Virus record (IMG/VR): IMGVR_UViG_3300034358_000008
Span: 248,001 to 312,000 of that record
Length of the DNA stretch: 64,000 nucleotides
Direction: 5' to 3' (one strand)
Made by a program: the position numbers and the translations under genes. The notes below the pieces were generated by a model. The model saw only the letters and a list, made by a program, of their open reading frames with translations, ran no database searches and had not been told where the DNA came from. Each line of letters starts with the position of its first letter. Positions within the stretch are counted from its first letter, which is position 1. Below are positions 57,554 through 64,000 of the stretch, one piece after another.

Positions 57554-57723
57554 TGGCTAAACATAACCGTCATTGGTTTAAGACAAAGTTAAAACACCGC
57601 CTTAAACTAAACGATAAGTACAATCCCAATCGCTGGGTACGGGTATCGTTCAGAGAAACCATTAGTAGTCCTTTCGGGGACTTTCTTAAACGTTGGGCAG
57701 AATACGTAATGAAGGATGACTAA
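57553..57723 (+). CDS. 56-aa basic hypothetical protein
   Basis: MAKHNRHWFK...VMKDD; TAATG coupling at both ends; below ORF-track cutoff. Confidence 0.7.
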   Translation: MAKHNRHWFKTKLKHRLKLNDKYNPNRWVRVSFRETISSPFGDFLKRWAEYVMKDD

Positions 57724-58406
57724 TGCGCAATCAACCACCAAGAGAATTCACTGTTGTAGATATGGCTCGGGCCTTCTGTATTGCTGCTCACGCAGGCGTT
57801 GGACAGAAACGTAAGTACACGGGTGAGGATTACCACCACCATCCTGAGGAAGCCTTACAGATCCTCCTGACTTACTGTGATCCATGCCATGCACAACAAG
57901 CAGCAATCCTGCTACACGACGTCGTTGAAGATACCTCGGTAACACGACAACATATCGCCCAAGTATTCGGTCAAACTGTGTCTACTCTGGTTTGGGGTAT
58001 AACTGACGTATCCCGTAAAGAAGATGGTAACCGGGTCGTCCGTAAACGTCTAGACCGTGAACACATCCTGCGTGGGTGCGATAAGGTTCTGGAGATGAAA
58101 CTTGCCGATTTGATCTCCAACACCCGTTCGATTGCTAAACATGATAAGAAGTTTGCACGGGTGTATCTAGCAGAGAAGATTCTGATCCTATCTGACATGG
58201 TAGATCGGATGGGAGGCACACTGATTTACGAAGAAGCCTGTGAAGTTGCAGCTGCGGCAGGTAAAGAAGTATTTGAAACCCCACTGGAACACTTCACTAT
58301 TTGGGACGAACTTTTCAAAGGACGTGCTGACTATAATGATTTCATGAAAGAAGTTTACCCGGAGATTACCAATGAAGTCCAGAGTGATGACAGCGTCCCA
58401 ACTTAG
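57723..58406 (+). CDS. HD-domain hydrolase, RelA/SpoT small alarmone hydrolase (Mesh1-like)
   Basis: AHAG..QKRK.TGE.Y..HP, LLHDVVEDT, K.AD.ISN. Confidence 0.85.
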   Translation: MRNQPPREFTVVDMARAFCIAAHAGVGQKRKYTGEDYHHHPEEALQILLTYCDPCHAQQAAILLHDVVEDTSVTRQHIAQVFGQTVSTLVWGITDVSRKEDGNRVVRKRLDREHILRGCDKVLEMKLADLISNTRSIAKHDKKFARVYLAEKILILSDMVDRMGGTLIYEEACEVAAAAGKEVFETPLEHFTIWDELFKGRADYNDFMKEVYPEITNEVQSDDSVPT

Positions 58407-58782
58407 TGCTATCAACCCGAAGTTTGATAACGGGATTGTGTACCACTACGGGGTAGAAGAAAAAGTCCAAGAGGTCATCAAGATCGTGGACAAATACAAT
58501 CGCGTACTTGATTATGGGATGCCTATCTCCGGTACGGCTTTCATTCGACTCAACACGACTGTTAAGCGTGATAAGAATTCTGCACCATGGTCTATGTCTG
58601 GTGGTGCAATGGTGCGTGAAACGATTGGTGCTGAAGTAGAGCATTCGATCGCAAACGTACTTGAACTTAATCCGGGTTACGTAGTAGCTAAACAGCTGCT
58701 GACTTTAAACATCGTCAACGAGTGGGATCGATATGTGGTAGTATTCGAACTCTACCTTGATCTCGAACAGAAGGATGTATAA
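58372..58782 (+). CDS. hypothetical protein
   Basis: 136 aa, overlap coupling. Confidence 0.7.
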   Translation: MKSRVMTASQLSAINPKFDNGIVYHYGVEEKVQEVIKIVDKYNRVLDYGMPISGTAFIRLNTTVKRDKNSAPWSMSGGAMVRETIGAEVEHSIANVLELNPGYVVAKQLLTLNIVNEWDRYVVVFELYLDLEQKDV

Positions 58783-59220
58783 ATGTCTCTAACATTACCC
58801 AATGAATGGAAAGAAGCTATCGAAGCTGAATGGCCTAATCATAGAGAAGTTCTCGGTGTATGGTTACCGAAGTCAAAGGTATTAATTTATAACGCCCGCG
58901 ACGATTCACAGCTTAATGTTCTTTTGTCGCGTATCCCAAAAGAATGGAGTGAGGCAGCAGTACTACCGTTCAGTGATTGGTTCAAACTAACTGATCATAA
59001 GAAAGAACAATACATCGACAAACATTTGATCCTAACCCGGTACATACCCCGTGAAGGAATATGTCATGTTCCCGGTTACTTGTTTTTCTTACCTTACAGC
59101 GTTATAGCTGAAGAACAAGGTAGGTTCACTGACATACGTGATCAGTCAGGTTGGAAGTGGGGTAGTCATGAACGTCGAATCTTATCCAGAGAAGTTTTGA
59201 ACGGAGAAGTTGTATTGTGA
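58783..59220 (+). CDS. hypothetical protein
   Basis: AAGGA RBS. Confidence 0.75.
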   Translation: MSLTLPNEWKEAIEAEWPNHREVLGVWLPKSKVLIYNARDDSQLNVLLSRIPKEWSEAAVLPFSDWFKLTDHKKEQYIDKHLILTRYIPREGICHVPGYLFFLPYSVIAEEQGRFTDIRDQSGWKWGSHERRILSREVLNGEVVL

Positions 59221-59366
59221 AGGTCGGTAACTCCAAATTGTTTCGTAAGTTACATCTGAACCGTAAATCAACTCGCATTCACGATCTGTTTGCGAACAAA
59301 CCTAAGTGCGAAATACCTCCGGTCGAGAACTGGTGGAAGGCACGTAACGTAAAGGACACCGTATGA
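59217..59366 (+). CDS. 49-aa basic hypothetical protein
   Basis: GTGA and ATGA coupling; below ORF-track cutoff. Confidence 0.65.
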   Translation: MKVGNSKLFRKLHLNRKSTRIHDLFANKPKCEIPPVENWWKARNVKDTV

Positions 59367-59644
59367 GTCAACACACTTTAGAGTCAATGGTTCAAACGAT
59401 CTATAACCTTAACTGGAAAGGACGTAACGCAAAGGATACAGTCGACTGGGTTAAACACCAGATCGATCACCGATCCGTTGTCGTGTTCCCAACGGCTATC
59501 GATTACAGTCCGTTTGAAAGTGAACAGGTATATCAAGTCAAATGGGAAATCCATAATGACCGTGTAGCTAATCTCTGGATCGCACATGACGTTCATCGTC
59601 CAATCGTAGAAGCTGTCCTCAAGGCTTATCTGGGGTACAACTAA
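59363..59644 (+). CDS. hypothetical protein
   Basis: AAGGA RBS. Confidence 0.75.
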   Translation: MSQHTLESMVQTIYNLNWKGRNAKDTVDWVKHQIDHRSVVVFPTAIDYSPFESEQVYQVKWEIHNDRVANLWIAHDVHRPIVEAVLKAYLGYN

Positions 59645-60084
59645 TGATTGATAAATCTAAGCCGTGGTTTCCAAGTGACTTCCCGCTGGATGAAGTGCTT
59701 GCAGCAATTGAAGATCTTCCTTTCGCTAACGATGCTGAGAACCTCGCTCGTCGGCAGCAGATCGCTGACCAATACGAAACCCGTTTGATTGGACCAGCTA
59801 AGATTTTCTTTGATCTTCGTCAAGACCTAATTAAAGAGATGGATGCTGAATTCCGTATTCATCCTGAGAAGGTGACGATGCATGTGGGTACAGCACTCAT
59901 TAAGTTGATGGGTAGCTCTATTCCACAGACCCTGTTCACTGTGAACGAGTATGCGGTCCCGGTGGTCTGCCGAGATGTACCGACTACACTACTGGAAGAA
60001 GTCCGTCCAGTTAAAACGAACGCTGTGCAAGTGTACTGGGATATGGTAGCTGAAGACAGTGCTGTGCAAGAACCTACTGCCTAG
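59644..60084 (+). CDS. hypothetical protein
   Basis: TAATG coupling. Confidence 0.75.
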   Translation: MIDKSKPWFPSDFPLDEVLAAIEDLPFANDAENLARRQQIADQYETRLIGPAKIFFDLRQDLIKEMDAEFRIHPEKVTMHVGTALIKLMGSSIPQTLFTVNEYAVPVVCRDVPTTLLEEVRPVKTNAVQVYWDMVAEDSAVQEPTA

Positions 60085-60125
60085 CATTATACTGTACGAA
60101 GATCAATATCTCTAAGGTAAATTCA

Positions 60126-60713
60126 ATGTCTATTCTCGCTGACTGGCAAATCCGGGACTTGTGCACTGGCGACAAGCCAATGATCAGTCCGTTCTACGCT
60201 GACAAAATGCGTTACATCGAAGAGGACATTCGTGTTCCCTCGTATGGTCTGTCCAGCTATGGTTATGATATCCGTCTCTCGGATGTTGGACTGAAGCTGT
60301 TCACTGACGTACACTGTATCGAAGTTGATCCACGCAACATCGATCCAAAGATCTACATCGAACCCGTAATCAAATACGCTGACGATGGCGCACCTTACGT
60401 ATCGTTGCCACCTAACGGTTTCCTGTTGGGTCATACACCTGAATGGTTCGACATGCCTAACAACGTGTTGGGTAACTGCTTGGGTAAGTCTACCTATGCA
60501 CGTGGAGCAGTGTCGGTAATCGTTACTCCACTGGAACCAGACTGGAAAGGTAATCTCGTAGTGGAAGTAGTGAACAACTGCAACCTGCCTGTACGGGTTT
60601 ATCTGAACTGTGGTATCGCTCAGGTATTGTTCTTGCAGGGCGAACCATGTGAGTCTGGTTATGGTGATGGTAAATACCAGGGTCAGAAAGGTACACAGGA
60701 CGCTTTGGCGTAA
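60126..60713 (+). CDS. dcd: dCTP deaminase
   Basis: SYGLSSYGYDIRL, GKSTYAR, TPLEPDWKG, GIAQ-x-LF, KYQGQ. Confidence 0.95.
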   Translation: MSILADWQIRDLCTGDKPMISPFYADKMRYIEEDIRVPSYGLSSYGYDIRLSDVGLKLFTDVHCIEVDPRNIDPKIYIEPVIKYADDGAPYVSLPPNGFLLGHTPEWFDMPNNVLGNCLGKSTYARGAVSVIVTPLEPDWKGNLVVEVVNNCNLPVRVYLNCGIAQVLFLQGEPCESGYGDGKYQGQKGTQDALA

Positions 60714-60730
60714 CTGTACAGTATAAAACG

Positions 60731-60757
60731 GAGTCCCTTCGGGGACTCTTTTTATTT
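60731..60757 (+). terminator. intrinsic terminator
   Basis: GAGTCCC-TTCG-GGGACTC + TTTTT. Confidence 0.85.
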
Positions 60758-60772
60758 TTGTCTGAGGCTATT

Positions 60773-61384
60773 ATGCATTTTTACGTATTCACCGACGGTA
60801 AGCCGTTAGAAGTCCATAAGTTCCCGAATATCACTCCTGGATCAGAACAGTTTGAAGTCTGGACACCACCCGTACGGGAGAAACCTTACTTGTGGGAAGG
60901 GGAACACTTCTACGGAATCATGTTCCTAGTCGATAAAGCTCAAGGGTCTGATAAACCTTCAGCTCAGCGTAAGATGCTGAAGATGGTATTGGATCTTGCA
61001 TTCAATAAACCTGAAGATAACTACCCAAGAATGGTACGTGATCTGATCCCACTCTTCCCTGACTACTTTATTGTTATTACTGATCGCGGCATTCGAAGTC
61101 GACACTCAGTAATACTGTCAGGCTGTGGACTAAAGAGGGATTCCGTTCTAACTGTACAATCTCAGGCTGTGGCAACTCAATGCTTCATGAACATCGTTCA
61201 CAAGAACCTGACCAAGAAAGATCTGACTACACAAGAGGCGTTCCAAAATGCATTCAACACCGGGATCTTCGACGAAAGCGAATACTACTATGCTCAAGTA
61301 CCTAAGTGGTATACCTTCGCGCAAGAACATTACGGACCGTCAGACGATGCAACAGTTACACGAGCTAGGCTCGAGTTTGACTAA
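60773..61384 (+). CDS. hypothetical protein
   Basis: GAGG RBS before ATG 60773. Confidence 0.75.
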   Translation: MHFYVFTDGKPLEVHKFPNITPGSEQFEVWTPPVREKPYLWEGEHFYGIMFLVDKAQGSDKPSAQRKMLKMVLDLAFNKPEDNYPRMVRDLIPLFPDYFIVITDRGIRSRHSVILSGCGLKRDSVLTVQSQAVATQCFMNIVHKNLTKKDLTTQEAFQNAFNTGIFDESEYYYAQVPKWYTFAQEHYGPSDDATVTRARLEFD

Positions 61385-62303
61385 CTACGATCTGATGTAT
61401 CACATCTTCAAAGAACCTGTTATCGCCGATGTGCTCTATGATTTAATGAAACGTGATTACGAAAGGATGTGCAGAGAATACCCTGGGGTAGCTAACTCCA
61501 TTCCTAGGGCGCGAAGTATTAGAGATCAGATGTTAACTAACGGTAAAAGCACCAAGCATGATTTCCCAATGTTACCACTGCGGGAAGTCCATGATGTATC
61601 TGGTGTGAAACGTTGGTTTGAAATGTTTGATGCAAAAGACATCGTGGTTGAACCCTCACTAGTAGGTGTTGAAGTTGAGTTGGTATATGTAGGTGGCACA
61701 CTGCATAAAGCTGTTAACCGTGGAGACAGTCTAGAAGGTCTAGACATTACCATGAACATGTACCTCGTTAACGGTGTCCCGCAACAGATCCCTGAAACCG
61801 AACGTGTGAATATCCATGGTAAGGTAGTCATCTCACGAATGGACCATATGGAAACTATGGGTTGGGAACATTGTTCTCCTCAGATGGTGGTGGCACACCA
61901 TTTGATGAATCAACCCGCCCATGGCACTACCGCGGTAAGACCCGAGTGTTTAGAGTTCATTCCTCACACCGTCAACATCCCAGGGTGTACGTTTGATCTG
62001 ATGGAATTGAGAATGGTTCTGATGGCATGGGACTTTGCGCTTACTCCAACAATCGTATTAAACGGTAAGTGCCGTGAAGTAGGTTCCATCGAAGAATACA
62101 TAGAAGCCTTTGAAGAGATACACATCAAAGACTACATCTATCCGATTGAGGGTCTAACTTTCCGAGTGAATGAAACACAACGTCGTTTGGAATTAGGTTA
62201 CACATCTCGATACCCCGAGTGGGCATTCAAATACATCAAAGGGAAATCCAATGAAGGATCTAGCACCAGCGGTAGTACAGGCACTGAGAGTGGGTTACGC
62301 TGA
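61347..62303 (+). CDS. NAD-dependent ligase adenylation-domain paralog lacking the catalytic lysine
   Basis: EPSLVG replaces E-x-KLDG; LVY..G.L..AV.RGD, YPIEGLTF.V, PEWA retained; ends at the end of the adenylation domain. Confidence 0.8.
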   Translation: MQQLHELGSSLTNYDLMYHIFKEPVIADVLYDLMKRDYERMCREYPGVANSIPRARSIRDQMLTNGKSTKHDFPMLPLREVHDVSGVKRWFEMFDAKDIVVEPSLVGVEVELVYVGGTLHKAVNRGDSLEGLDITMNMYLVNGVPQQIPETERVNIHGKVVISRMDHMETMGWEHCSPQMVVAHHLMNQPAHGTTAVRPECLEFIPHTVNIPGCTFDLMELRMVLMAWDFALTPTIVLNGKCREVGSIEEYIEAFEEIHIKDYIYPIEGLTFRVNETQRRLELGYTSRYPEWAFKYIKGKSNEGSSTSGSTGTESGLR

Positions 62304-64000
62304 AGCCTGCTCAGAACTGAACGAGTTGAACTACCAGTATCACGTTAACGACGTTTCGGTTATCCCTGATCCAGAATACGATCTGAAGTTCCGTCAGTTA
62401 GTTGATATAGAAAAGCAATACCCATGGTTAATCGTTCCAGCTTCTCCAACTCAAACCGTTGGTCACGCTATTACGTCGGGCCACTTCCAACCATTGAAGC
62501 ATCGGTTGTCGATGTTGAGTCTGGGTAACACGTTCACTGCTTATGAAGCTGTGGATTGGAGTATTGACATTTCTGGTGATCCTGAAACCCAAGGACTAGA
62601 AGTTCGAGGTGAATGGAAATTAGATGGCTTGAGTCTGAGTCTGGTTTACCGTAAAGGTCGACTGCTATATGCCGTTACTCGTGGTGATGGTGAGACAGGT
62701 GAGAACGTAACGATCAATGCCTTGCAAATCCAAGGTATCCCTAAGGTACTCAAACATTGGACCTCGGTGTACACTTCGATCCGTGGTGAAGTCGTTGTTA
62801 ATCTAGCCGACTACAATGCTATTAATGACGCTTTGCTTGAAGCGGGTAAGAAACCATTCGCTAACCCACGTAACTATGCCGCTGGTAGTTTGCGTCAGAA
62901 AGACCCAGCTATTACAGCTGAGCGTAAATTGATATTTGTGGGTTACTCGATAGATCATGAAGATGATGATACTGACCGTGATTGGTATAATGATCAGGAA
63001 ACTCTAATCAAGAATGGTTTTGAGACAGCAGCTATTCCAGATAAGTTGAATCATAGCCTCGAGGGTATTATTCAAGGGTGGCCAGAGTTCATTGAGAAGA
63101 TGCAAACGTTGCGTAGTGCCCAGCCCTATGAAGTCGATGGTATCGTCTTTAAAGTGGTTAAGCATGCTCACCGTAAATTCCTCGGTATGACTTCTCGTGC
63201 ACCTAAGTGGGCAACGGCATTTAAGTTCCCTGCCTCTGAAGGCGTAACGCCCCTTAAAGATGTCGAGTACCAAGTTGGTCGTACTGGTCGACTGACCCCA
63301 GTTGCACGTGTAGAACCCGTTCACGTTCATGGCACCATGATTTCTAACGTGTCATTGCATAACCGCAACGAGGTTGCTCGTCTCCAGCTCTATAAAGGCT
63401 GTAGCGTACAAATCAAACGAGCAGGGGATGTCATCCCTTACGTAATGGGTACGACTGTCGCACACACTGATCAAGAGCTTTATGAACCGTTGACACATTG
63501 TCCAGTCTGTAACACTAAGACTTCTATTGTCCTCAGTAAGGATGGTAAAGAAACTGACAATTGCGATAATCGAGACTGCTATGGTCGCCAGATTGCACAT
63601 CTTGAATATTGCATGGATCGTGATGTCTTCAACATTAAAGGACTGGGGCCAGCTGTTATTAAGCTGCTCCATCAAGTTGGGCATATCACTGCGTATCAAC
63701 CAGTAAAGATCTTTGATGTAACATTCATGCAACTAATCGGCGTTGGGTTGTCTGAGCTGGAAGCAGAGAAACTGTTGCGTGCAATTGCAGTCGCTGCCGG
63801 CGATCTGGATATGACTCGGATGGTAAGGTCTTTTGGTATTGATGGTATTGCTAAGAACTCCTCTGAGAAACTAGCCATCCACTTCATGAACCTTGAGGCA
63901 CTATCTACTGCAACAGTAGATGATCTGATACATGTAGAAGACATCGGTAAGATTGGTGCTGCTTCTATCTTCGAATACTTTGATGAGGATCGTTCTAAAC
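62251..64000 (+). CDS. ligA: NAD-dependent DNA ligase (3'-truncated by window)
   Basis: D.EYD, EWKLDG (Lys at 62617), TRGDG, RGEV, NPRN-x-AAGSLRQ, DGIVFK, VGRTG, RAGDVIP, CPVC zinc finger; missing from ORF track because no stop in window. Confidence 0.95.
   Translation, partial: MKDLAPAVVQALRVGYAEACSELNELNYQYHVNDVSVIPDPEYDLKFRQLVDIEKQYPWLIVPASPTQTVGHAITSGHFQPLKHRLSMLSLGNTFTAYEAVDWSIDISGDPETQGLEVRGEWKLDGLSLSLVYRKGRLLYAVTRGDGETGENVTINALQIQGIPKVLKHWTSVYTSIRGEVVVNLADYNAINDALLEAGKKPFANPRNYAAGSLRQKDPAITAERKLIFVGYSIDHEDDDTDRDWYNDQETLIKNGFETAAIPDKLNHSLEGIIQGWPEFIEKMQTLRSAQPYEVDGIVFKVVKHAHRKFLGMTSRAPKWATAFKFPASEGVTPLKDVEYQVGRTGRLTPVARVEPVHVHGTMISNVSLHNRNEVARLQLYKGCSVQIKRAGDVIPYVMGTTVAHTDQELYEPLTHCPVCNTKTSIVLSKDGKETDNCDNRDCYGRQIAHLEYCMDRDVFNIKGLGPAVIKLLHQVGHITAYQPVKIFDVTFMQLIGVGLSELEAEKLLRAIAVAAGDLDMTRMVRSFGIDGIAKNSSEKLAIHFMNLEALSTATVDDLIHVEDIGKIGAASIFEYFDEDRSK

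Noticed and set aside
57667-57682. AGTCCT-TTCG-GGGACT hairpin as an intergenic terminator
   Set aside because: It lies inside a doubly coupled 56-aa ORF; at most a partial attenuator.
61347-62303. The upstream ligase-like ORF as the first half of a split ligase
   Set aside because: The downstream gene has its own complete Ia and adenylation domains with the catalytic Lys, so the two are paralogs, not halves.
1-64000. tRNA, rRNA or CRISPR array
   Set aside because: No cloverleaf with T-loop in intergenic DNA (GGTTCGAA hits near 25162 and 46911 are inside ORFs); no regularly spaced direct repeats.

Overview
A 64-kb segment of a phiKZ-like (nucleus-forming, Chimalliviridae-type) jumbo phage; a Pseudomonas-type host is inferred from synteny only. 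Recognisable core: head maturation protease (gp175-like), gp176/gp177-like head genes, virion RNA polymerase beta (gp178-like) and beta' (gp180-like, DFDGD) subunits, a 2371-aa tail lytic-transglycosylase protein (gp181-like) and its gp182-like partner, thymidylate kinase, SNF2 helicase, AAA ATPase, QueC-like enzyme, HD hydrolase, dCTP deaminase and NAD-dependent ligase, among dense early operons of small hypothetical genes. phiKZ gene-number assignments are from recalled synteny, not a search. Main unexplained signals: (1) a candidate programmed -1 ribosomal frameshift (C_CCU_UUG, 6-nt spacer, long GC-rich stem) that would append a start-less ParB-like + GNAT ORF to the acidic tail of the gp177-like head protein; (2) a Tad1-family signal-sponge domain carrying an acidic leader with a head-protease motif, suggesting virion delivery; (3) a catalytically dead NAD-ligase adenylation-domain paralog next to the real ligase; (4) a terminator-bounded ~125-nt structured RNA candidate. 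No tRNA, rRNA, CRISPR array, intron or intein was seen.
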